The notes under the pieces are model-generated. The model did no database searches and was not told the origin of the DNA. It worked only from the letters and a program-made list of their open reading frames with translations. A stretch of DNA of 64,000 bases from Raillietiella orientalis. Lineage: Eukaryota. A program made the translations under genes and the position numbers. Numbering within the stretch: the first letter of the stretch is position 1; each line of letters starts with the position of its first letter. The stretch lies in assembly GCA_036172245.1 (NCBI GenBank), contig JAYWIR010000016.1, positions 1,178,001 through 1,242,000 of the forward strand. The letters are read 5' to 3'. Shown one piece after another: positions 1 through 10,700 of the stretch.

Positions 1-456
1 TTCTGGGAGACAGACGTACATTTGGGGAGCATTCCTCGGGATTTCGAAAAGCGAATGTTCCACTCCGGTGGTTACATGAAACCCGTGGATGGATCAGGTG
101 CATAAAAAGGATCTGCATTCTGGCTTCCTGCTTACTCAGTAAATTAATTACACGAGGTTCCTTACTTCTCCCCATCTGTCTTTATTCCTTGGGATCTCTA
201 AAGAAACGAATCACACGCGAGGGTTCCCCTTAACACGTTTATTTTGTTCTGAGATAACGAAAGTCGAATCTTCATTTGCAAGTCGTCTGGGATGATAGAA
301 GAATAAATCAAATCACTCGGCGCTTTGGGTTGCTTTAAAAAAATTGGTTCTCCCTTCGTCTCTTTCTTCCTCTCTCTCTCTCGACGTTGAAGAAACACTT
401 CAAAGGCCAGTGTGCAATTTTTCGCACCTGTGAGCATCTTCTGAAAATCGATACCA

Positions 457-584
457 AAACTTCCGGAGGCTGAGTAATCACCACATGCATTTGAAGCTGC
501 AGTTTGATTTATAAGCAAACTTCCGGAGGCTGAGTAATCACCACATGCATTTAAGGCAGCAGTTTGATTTATAAGCAAACTTCC
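457..584. repeat. Tandem duplication of a 60-bp unit (2 copies)
   Basis: ttccggaggctgagtaatcaccacatgcattt...agtttgatttataagcaaac at 461-520 and 521-580 with about 3 mismatches. Confidence 0.95.
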
Positions 585-604
585 TCCGACCATTTGCATC
601 TCGC

Positions 605-1375
605 TTTCAACTCTGTCACTGTGGATCGTTGAGAAAAGCATCAGTCAGTGCGCCCCGGAGGAACGGTTCAGAGAAAGCCCACACGCCGGTCGGCGGCTAA
701 GAAGGCACAGCCAATCAGCAGGCCATGGAGGGAAATCAAAGGAAATAAACGTACGCACACATGTGTGTATGCAGAAACACGCATGGGGACACGGGGAAAC
801 GCCGAGCGCAAACGTTTCCGGGAAGTGTAGGAGGGAGGGTCACCAGCCGCGGCTTTCCTGCGGGCTTTCCGCTATCCAGGCGCTTGTGGAGGGGAGTGGC
901 GACCCTCGCCACCCTTCCCGTCACGCGGGGGACGAGGTGGGCGGCCGTCCTCCGGTGCTGCCTCCGTGCGGATGCGGCGCCGTTGCGTCCGGGCGACGGA
1001 GAGAGTCCTGTCGGCCTGAGGAACCGCCGCAGAAGATGCCGAGGGGAGTCCCTCGGGTCCAAGAAGGTTGCCGCCTCTCGTTGCCAGCAAAGGAAGCCGC
1101 GGCCCTGAGGCAGGTGCGGGGGGGGGAGTTCTGTCGCCCTGCGTCTGGCCCGTCCGGTGTCGTCGCTCGCACGGGAAGCCTCCAGTGCAAGAAGAGCGCC
1201 TTTCCGCAGGAAGACATGCGCTGAACCGTAGAGGAGGACGGTGGGAGCCAGCAGCGCATCCGGGGAGGTGTCGAGATGATGCGCCCCCCTCAGCGCAGTC
1301 CTTGGGCGAGAACACGCGGTGCGCGGGATCGGCCGAAATCTCTCGAGCCGACCATCTGCTTATCCGTTTGCTGCT
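605..1375 (+). repeat. ~770 bp dispersed repeat, copy 1 (inverted relative to 35140-35910)
   Basis: Reverse complement aligns to 35140-35910; about 5 substitutions seen in the core, outer ~40 bp more diverged; ORF-track peptides duplicated (763..1224 + and 35291..35752 -). Confidence 0.97.
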
Positions 1376-1549
1376 GACCCCTGCTTTGCAGCAGGACAGC
1401 CCAGCCCCTCCTCCCGACCGAATGGCTCCCGTAACCACGCTCCCATAGGAAGAACAGCGCCGCGATTAAGAACCTGTCCACGTCTCGGGGTCCCGTCGTT
1501 CCTCCTGCAGGGCCACTGTCCCAAGATGTGAAACGGGATGAAGTTTATC

Positions 1550-2330
1550 ACTAGGTCACGCCGGGATGTTTATTTCATAAAAAATAAAACAGTTGAGAAC
1601 AAAGTTCCCAACCGACGACAAAACGAGCAAATGGGAGGGTCGACCGGCACGCAGCCGGGATAACGGAAATTCGGAACGGAGAAGGTGATCGGGGGACAAG
1701 AAAAAAAAATAAATGCGGTGGGACGGGACAGGGATCTCAGAGTTCGTTCCGGGAAACACTGGGATAAAAACAAAAGCAGCGGGGAAGTTGCAGAGCGAAC
1801 GGGGATGAGGAATAAAGGAAGAAAAAGGAAGAATGAGAAGGGCCAACGGCGATGGGTGCCGGCGATCTCCACCTTTGCCTCTTCTTCCAGGTGAGGCCAC
1901 CTTGCAGCGGTCCTCATGTAGGCGGCTGCCATCCTGGTATCTCGAGCACATGGCGTGCCGTGACGATGGCACGGATGCAAGCCATGGTTGCGATCACAGT
2001 GCCCGTCGAGATTCCTACCGGCGCGAAGAACCGTCTCAGCAGGTCGCGAGAGGTGTCCTAGTGCAGGAACGCTGGTCCAGTTGGTCTCCTAGATGAGCCA
2101 GGGATCTCGTCTTTCTCCACGGGGCTTTTCGGCGAAGTCCTTCGGTTCTCTTTCCCTCCCTCATGGAGTGGAGGAGAGACGAGAGTCGGAGGCGGCAGAG
2201 GTGTTCCAAATGGCTCTGCATTCCGGAAGAGGGAAAAGGAACCAGCCGCCTAGAAATGGTCCCAGCTCCTCCCTCAACCCTTTGAAGACAGCCAGACCGC
2301 ACTTCTGGGTCGCAGAAGCCACCCACTGGT
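1550..2330 (-). mobile_element. 5'-truncated Tx1/L1-like non-LTR retrotransposon 3' end
   Basis: Frameshifted peptide LLRRFFAP..TVIATMACIRAIVTARH..WPHLEEEAKVEIAGTHRR matches copies at 24211-24435, 43810-44130 and 62170-62320; ends in the shared tail AATAAACATCCCGGCGTGACC. Confidence 0.7.
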
Positions 2331-4307
2331 AAACCAAGATACCTGAAGGTGCTACTTACGGGGACTCCCGAGACGATCCAGTCTGGCTGTGCCTGCCCTC
2401 AGTGCTCCCGCGAGAACAATCATCGCCTTCTCCCTGTCCGTGCTCGTGGCGGCTATCAGCTCGAGGGATTCCTCTGCTAACTACCAACTTGTTGGAAAAG
2501 ACCAACCTGGCCCCGAAGTTTCCCACTTAATCAAACAGAGAGCTACAATGGGGTAGTTGAATAGCTGGATCTCGGCAAAATATTCGAGCAAATACTGTCC
2601 ACGTGACACTGACTACCTCACCAGGATTTCTTTTCTTCTTTCACCTACGATGGGAAACAAAACTCGCGATAGTTTTCTTTGTTTTCGCAGAATTCGTAGA
2701 TATTTCATGAACTTTCAAAAAAATTCCACTCCCCTTTAGTCTTTCATGGTCCCTTCAGCTCAACTGTGAGTTCCAGCCGAACTACATAGCTGAAGGTTAG
2801 TTATTCTCGTATATCTCTCGATCATTGGATTGAATTCGACGGCAAATTTGATGATTCGATTAATCAGGAATAATATGAGTGCCAACTACATAGGGATATG
2901 CAAATAATCAAATGCATTTCCAAGGGAATTCAATTATCGCTTCTTTTCGCATATATGGGAGCCTGCATTGAAATAATGCATTCTATCCATATAGATTGAT
3001 ACGTACAAGGACTGCATCCATGATCACTTTATAAAGGGCGTCTAAATAAATAAACAACCGTTTTACTCTCTAATGTACAGCGATAATATAAGATCATGAT
3101 ATCCTCAGCAGCTACGTATGTTCCATTCATCTTGAAGTGCAATAATGATCACAATGTACAAAAAAGGGATGAAAATGACCAAAATACATTAGAATAAAAT
3201 AGTCCAAAATGTAAAAATACTTTGTTGGAAGATAAGTCAGAAACAAATAAGACTGTGTTATGAGGTAATCCTTAACAGATTTTATTCCCAATTCTCACAA
3301 AGAACTAAGACACAGGACCTTTTTTTTTCTTCTTTTGTGACAATGTATTTTCGCACCTATGCAAACAAGTTTTAATTATTTGAGAGATTAAAAACCACTG
3401 CTTCAGAAATGTAACGTTATTCTATTAGAGAAATTCTTAGACTTATTAAGAGGTAAACCGCTGTGTATCTTATCACTGGATATTAACTCAAAAGATTGAT
3501 CTACACATGGAATTTTAATGCCCTTTTATTTGATTTTAAAAATCAAAATAAATAAAATGATTTTAAAAAATTATAAGGTAAGCCCAAGAATTCCACAAAT
3601 CATTTTATGCTTATTATAAAAGCTTTCACTACATGAAAAGACTAATCATAAATAGAATTTTCTTCTTAGATGTCAAACAAACTGATCATTGAGTCAGCTT
3701 GGAACTTTCTTTGTCTTTTGTTGACATTAATTGTTTCACAAGGATTTGAACAGAATCTGCAATATTTATAGCAAGCCATGTTATTTATGTATTTACTGAA
3801 ATTAGATCTCATGGATGGCACAATTTCTGTACGTTTTACTTTCTGTATTGAAAACTATTAATAGATCTTTGTAACACAGAGAGGTACTACTCATTTCTCG
3901 TAGATCATCTTAAAACTTAAATAGTAGTACTTTAAAAATGATGTCAAATATAAAAGAAATTTTTTGAAAATTATGCAGAACAATAAATGAACTTTTTAAA
4001 AGATCTTTGTAATCGAGTGTGTATCTTTGCAATTTAATCTCTACAACTGAAATGTAGGAGACATAAAAAAAACACAAAGTGTGCCTCTGCGTCTGTGTAA
4101 GTGTTCACATATATCACCTTCATGAATATTATAGAGATCAGAATAAGCACAACTGAAAATGGAAATGTCCATTATTACAATCATGTTTTATTTATAATTC
4201 ATATCTATACCTTCCGAAATTAGTTTTTAATATAATTTGTTTCTTTAATGTTGGTATCCCGGAAAGGCGGGCTTTATGATTACTTGATATAAGTGCAGTG
4301 ACTAAGC

Positions 4308-6249
4308 ATGGAATTTTCCGTCTTTGATAAAACAGTAAAAAAATGGAGAGTATATTCCAGGGAAATTGAATATGAAAATTCGAAGTTTCCTCATTCCCTA
4401 ACTTTTTACAAAGATCTGCCATCGGAAAGCATTACTCTTGAGGAATTCGAAAAACTTGCTGTTGAAAGATTGCAAGGTACACAATAAACAAGCTTTGCTT
4501 ACATGAGCTGGAATTTTTTATGCAGTTATGGCAAAGTGAAAACCGATGCATGATTAATTGCTAACGACCATGGAGAAACTATTGATGAAAATTTATTTTA
4601 GTGCTGAGAGCTGTGGAGAAAGCAAATTTGAGTGGGACTGTGAAGTTTTCAGATGCTTGGAACAACTGTCTGAGCAATGATTTGCAAAAACTGAAACTCA
4701 GAGGATACTTTGAACAAGTAAGTGAGTGTATCTTTAATTGTTTCTAATGGCATGTTTAGAATATGAATATTGATACTCGAAGGAAGGATTACCTCTCACA
4801 TTTCATCTTAAGACTGGCGTTTTGTAAAACAGGAGAATACAAGTGGTTTTTGCAGCACGAAGCAGATCTATTTAAAGCCAAATGTTTGATGCACAGGAAA
4901 GACAGCATTAAGGAATTTCTAAAGATCACGAATTTGGAGTATGTTCCTGTATGTATTGAATTTCCAATAACCAATTTACTAATTTGAATAAGATGTAGAT
5001 ACCTCATACTCTTAAGGAAGAGCTTAGAGACGAGTTAATTAATTCTACTCCAGGAATCAGTGATAAATTTGTTGATATGGATTTTTACAAAGTTCCCTTC
5101 TGTGAGGCATTAGATTTAGTTAAAACTAGAAAAGTGTATGTTTCCAAGGGTTATGCTTTTGTGCCTTCTCATTCTTTGGTTTCCATTATTGTTGGAGTAT
5201 TCCGTAGTCATTTATCGCGTTCTCTCGCAGTAAGTAAACAAGTAAAGATTTGGAACTTTGTAGTCTTGGTAGATCATTTCTCGTAACATTCACCAACTTG
5301 AAGATGAAAGATTGGATGACATTCTCACTGACATAGACAAACGCTATGTAGGCAAGGATTACAATCAGAAAAACCTGGAATCTCGTGTCAGTCTCAACAT
5401 GCTTGATGAGGTACAAATGGGATTCAAGCAAACTCCTTCACATTTGTGCAACTAGCTTTCCCAAAAATCTTTTCCACCATGCATGAGGCATTTGCATGAA
5501 ATACTAAAAAGGAACCATCATCTTAAGCATGGTGGTCGGCTGCAGTATGGACTCTTCTTGAAAGGAATTGGGTTGTCGCTGGAAGATTCTTTAGCTTTTT
5601 GGAGAAATGAATTTCTCAAAGCTATGGATGGTGATAAAGTAAGTCATGCAAGAATCCGCCAGGATAGTTGTGTTTTCAGTTTGACAAGCACTATGCCTAT
5701 AATATTCGACACAGTTATGGAAAAGAGGGTAAAAGGGCCAACTATACACCACACAACTGTATCAAAATAATTATGGAGTCAGTTGGACCAAATGATAATC
5801 ATGGTTGTCCATTTCGACATTGGGATGTTGCAGTATTGCAGCAAGAATTAAAGAACTTGCAAATGCCATCTGATGGTGCGTAAAAATTCGAAACAGTCGG
5901 TTCAACTCGGTGTTATTCAGCACAGGAAGAAGTAATTAGTTTGAAAAGAGCAGGGCGTTATCAGCAAGCATGCCAAAAGTATTTCCAATGGAATCACGCA
6001 GGTCATGTTCTTGAAGGTCTTAACCATCCAAATCAGTACTTTGAAGAGAGTCAGCGATCACTCCATGGCAGTGAACCATTGTCTTCATTGAATACATCAT
6101 GTAAGTATGGATTGGTTATGTGAGTTGTATTTATCGAAGAGATGACAGCTTCTGTTGAGAAAACAAAAATGGTTCTCTACCCCAAACCTTGTGAAAACGA
6201 CTCTTGGGGAAATCTGGATGTATCCCAATTGGAAGGATACCTGGAGTAA
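4308..6249 (+). CDS. PRIM2: DNA primase large subunit (p58), 9 exons
   Basis: Exons 4308-4476, 4602-4717, 4760-4948, 4999-5229, 5273-5410, 5456-5638, 5680-5875, 5921-6100, 6149-6249 join in frame through GT-AG introns. Motifs [88 protein letters not shown] include the four Fe-S cysteines. Confidence 0.97.
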
Positions 6250-6252
6250 CTT

Positions 6253-7455
6253 TTATTGTTTACTTGATTGGAGTCCAGCAATCATAGCACGGCATGTGCT
6301 GTGTAGATCAAATGAATGTTTCCATCCCCAATCTTTCCGTGCTGCACTGTCATCAATGCTTCGTGGCCATGTGTCAGCAATCTTTTGCCGCTCATCTGCT
6401 TCATAGGTGACTTCGATTTTGCGACCAAGTTGTGTCTGCAGAGCAAGTTCCAACTCTGCAGGAGCAAAGCTCATTGCTGTAATATTATATGTGCACTGCT
6501 GCAGTCTGCAGCTGGGAATTTCTAAAAATCTAGTTATTGCTTGCAAACAGTCTTCTATGTACATCATTGGCAAGGCTGTGTCTGGATTCAAGTAGCATTT
6601 GTAAGGGAGTCCTGATATGGCGTGTTTGCACATGTGTGATGCATAATCTGTGTATGGATTTATGTACCTGGGAATTCATTTATGCTTCTCACCAGTAGTT
6701 CCTCCACCAGGGGGTGTCTCATGGGATAGAATTCCTGGTAATCGCAGGGAGCGGAAATCTAAACCGTGTTTCTTGTGAAAATAATTTCCTATCAACTCGG
6801 CATAAACTTTACTGATGCCGTAAAATGTGCTAGGGCGTTGCACCACTACATCAGGAGTCGAATCTTTTGGTGCTTCAAGTCCAAAGGACGCAATAGAGCT
6901 CGGTACAAACAGCTTGAGTTTGTACTGTAGCGCAACCTTGAAAATATTATGAAGTCCTACAGCCCACAGTTGAACTTGGGGGAGATTTAGGACTCACCAT
7001 CCACGTTGAGACGAATTGCTTGGCACAGGTTCTTCTCACACGTGGCGCTAAGCATTGCACACAAGTGGAGCACACAGTCAACATTATTGTTCACTACAAC
7101 TTGTTGGATAGAGTGGTAATCCAAAATGTCAACGAAACAAAACTGCACTTAATCTAAATGGTTATTTTGGCGTGGGTGGGAAACACCCGTTTACCATTTT
7201 CCAACAGTTTTCCCGGTGGCTTCACGATATCGGATGCGACGATGTTCTCTGGACCCTGATTTTTTGCTAACAATTTCGCCAGGCCCGATCCCAACTGGCC
7301 ACATGCACCTTTCTTACTAATAAGTTGCTTATACAATAAATTTCACGTGCTACTACCAGTGATCAGTGTCTTCGGATGTTTGCTATCGGCCGAGGTTGCG
7401 ATACGGTTCGCATGCAATTTACATCCTGCCTGTAGCAATTTTGTACGTATGAGAT
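6253..7455 (-). CDS. TDH: L-threonine 3-dehydrogenase (SDR/NAD epimerase fold); start codon unresolved
   Basis: Exons 7455-7357, 7308-7195, 7147-6998, 6956-6693, 6647-6253 with GT-AG introns. Motifs LITGACGQLG, LFVPSSIASFG, QRPSTFYGISK (YxxxK), GLDFRSLRLPGILS, PGGGTTDYA, RQKIADTWPRSIDDSAARKDWGW. Nearest upstream ATG (7525) needs a very short intron to join. Confidence 0.93.
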
Positions 7456-7725
7456 CTGAAATCAAAAACAGGAAACTGCTACGAAATTTCGAAGTACAAA
7501 ATACGAACTAAAGGTGGCTATGCATGCTTATGCCCCTAGGCAATTCGTTGCTGGACACACCTGCGTTGTGTAGCGGAAGACGCTGGTGTAGCAATGCCTT
7601 GCCGAAAACACTGAAACTTCAGGAGGAAGGGGGAAGAAGAAGAAAAAAAAGTTTCACGTGTCTTGTACTCTAAGTGGTTCCTGTTTTTCGTTCCCCTCCC
7701 CTTTGGAAATGCCGATGAGGATACG
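7456..7725. promoter_or_regulatory. Probable bidirectional promoter/5' region between divergent TDH and Mcr-like genes
   Basis: Inferred only from head-to-head geometry (under 300 bp between TDH 5' coding sequence and ATG 7726); no core motif identified. Confidence 0.45.
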
Positions 7726-10700
7726 ATGAGGGCCCTTCTGATTTGTGTGTTACTTCAATGCATGCACGACGGTCAGAGTCAGTTAGCTGTCGACTATGCG
7801 GCCAGAGGCAACGAAAACAACATCAAATCTGATGGCTTTTTAAGAAAGCAGAAATATTCCGTTTCTTACACGGAAGACCAGCAGGATCGCCACCATGAAT
7901 TTGTCACCTTACGTCAAGCGTAAGTTTCAATTATCTTTTGTATGTGTGCGTGCGTGCGTGCGTGTGTATTAAAAAAAAAAAAAAAAAAAAAAATGACCAG
8001 AAGCGTGCAAAGTTTTCTGGGGGATTCGCATCCTGCTGGCGGGTGGGCGGGCTCGGGGGAGGGGGGGGGGGCTGCCATGTGATAGAAACGGTCACGTCGG
8101 TACAAAGTAAGGAGCAGCAGGGACTTTCCGGCAAGGGACGCCGTTGAAAGTGGAAATGCCCCCTTTTTGTGTGTGTGTTCTTTTTGGTACGCGTTCCGTG
8201 AAACCCCCCATCCAAAGCACGAAAGAGCAGCGTGAAGGTGCGTCGATGGAGGATTTCAATCGCGGCTCGGCGGGTCGCCGGCAACGAACTGCCTCCGGGT
8301 GCCTTTGTCCCCTTCGGTTTAAGGGATGGCGACCGGACCCAGCTGGGTCGGCAGTAGGCGGCATCGAGGGGAACGTTTCACTTTTCCGACCCGTTCGAAG
8401 TTTCTCCACCAAGCTGGGCCACCCCTGCTTTCTCCCCCTTCCGAGGGGCTTCTCGGGAAAACCGCGTGCGTCCGCGTACGGCCGGTGTACACTAATTCCG
8501 CCGCGGGCATTGCGGCAGAAAGCGAGCTACGCACCCGTGGGGAAAACGGCCTGTACGAAACCGTGTGCCTCGTCATCCCCCGCCGATGCGGCCCAAGCTC
8601 GTCACGGGACGCCCCCTGGGGGTGGGGGTGGGGGGAGGGAGGAAATCTGCCGGAGCTCATTCACGAAAATCCTGGACGGTTCTCTCTCCTCCGGAAGAGC
8701 GGATCGGAGCGTGCAACTTTGATTCCCCCCCCCCCTTCCTTCCCGGGGGAGGGGGGGATCGTTCGAGACAAAGATCGGTGTTGGCTCATTTCCTCTTCGA
8801 AACGTGAGCTTTCTCCTGACCAAGTTCACGCGAGGGCAGAGCAGTTCCTGAACTCAGGACCGGCGTGAATCCCACCGAGCGTGACGGTCGCAAGACCCAC
8901 TTCCACACAGCAAATCTACCCCGTTCGGTCCATCTTTCGAGCAATAAGGGAGGAAGGGGCAGTTCACATGCACTGGGGATGCAAAATCCAAAAGAACTTA
9001 CTTGCTTTCGCCAACGAGCTGTAGGCATTCATTTGCATGGGAGAGTCGAATACAGGCAACGCCGAAGTCTGAAAGAAGATTGCGGTAATTAGCATGCCTC
9101 CATCGTGGATCGTGGGGAACGAATCGATTTACTGACGCACGGAAGCTTCCCAAACCACGTTCTTCTGCGGCCTCGTCGAACTTTTTGGAAAGTGCACTCC
9201 GATCGCATTCTATTCGGTTCGCCGAATCAATAGCAAACAAAGCATTCGGCGGACCCCCCCCCCCCCCCCCAAAAAAAAAAAAAAAAAAAAAAACCTCCAA
9301 AAAAAGGAGGAGGAGGAAAAGCGCAGCTTCTAAAAATCTTTGCAGCACACTGTGGGGTCCCTCGGTTCGAGAAACACACCAAGGGCACGCACACATTTTG
9401 CCCTTCGTCGCGTCAAGAGAACGCCGGCCTTTCCGAACGGAAAGCACCACCCCAGGGGTAGTCACAACAACAAAGCAGCGCTTACCGTGACCGCTGTGCC
9501 TCGATCCTGGACATCCAAGCGAATCTCCCGGCCGAATCGCAAACGCTCATTGATTTATCGGTCGGCCTCTGCCAGGGAGCCCTTCCTGGCTCCGGACGAA
9601 GCGGTTTCGCGTTGGCACTTTGGAATTGGAATCCGCCGTTTGTGCCCCGACTGCCCGGACGCAGGCGGCTGCCCCGGCCAGGCAGTGGGCTGCAGAGAAT
9701 TTCGGTCTCTGCCGCATCCTGTCGAGCCTCAGCCGCGCAGCTCAGATGAGCTCGGGCCGTCGGAGCATTTCGCGGGAACATCCGGAAAAGCCTTCCTGCC
9801 CCCTCCCGTCACGTTCCCTCATCCCGAAGCGTACGAAAAATCGTTACCGCGTCGAATCGGCGTGTGTCTTTGGGAAGGAAAGGCGGCGCGAAAAAAAAAA
9901 CAAAAAACAAAAAAATCGGGGAGCTTTTTTCTTCGTACATCGAAATCCTTTCTTGCAACCCTTCCCCAGAGCCATCCTCTCCTGCGCCTGAAAATTTAAT
10001 GCGAGCGGTTTTTGACGAGCCATCAGGCTTTTTTTAGCAGGTCGATAATCCAATGGCTGAAGGCAAGCTACCTCTCATGTGTGTTGACCCCCCCCCCCCC
10101 CGCCTTCCCCCGTGCTCGGGCGATCTCGAAGGAAGCATGAAACGAGAATATAAAACTTTTCCTGAGATTTGGCGCGGTGACTGGGTGGTCTGGTCCAGCC
10201 ACGCAGAAAGCGCTTCCTCAAAGCAGCAAGGAAATCCATCCTCGAACACGTTGTCATACGAATGGTATGGTGACGCCAAAGGGTCTGTCGATTCTCAAGG
10301 TTATTACCGAGAGAGTGAAAGACAAAGCTTATGGTTTTCTAAATCACAAGCGACCCAAGGCTTCAGGAGACGAGTTCGTACCCACGGGCGCTCGCTGGAG
10401 ACGTGGAAAATGACCGATCGGTCCCGCCTTGTCCGTGGGGTTCTCGCGCCGTTGGCGTTCTTGAGAGAGTTTCTTCCAGGCAGGCCTCCATTCGAAGCGA
10501 GCGCTTGAGTACGCGCTACCCAAAGCAAAGCAGGTTTTTTTTTAGCGGTATCTTGGAGTGGCAATCTTTAGAGGTCATACGCCGATCTTCAGCCCCTCCG
10601 GTTAGTCTCTTCTCACACTCCCGCCCGCGTCGGAGTCTTTGTGGTCTTAAGGCTTCCGCGCGTGGCACCACGCGTCACGGGTTCGAATACTGCGGCAGAA

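Noticed and set aside
457..584. CRISPR-like array (also 40421-40478)
   Set aside because: Contiguous repeats without spacers, no cas genes, eukaryotic context.
198..641. 147-aa ORF with a 20-aa repeat
   Set aside because: The repeat comes from the 60-bp tandem duplication; no recognisable family.
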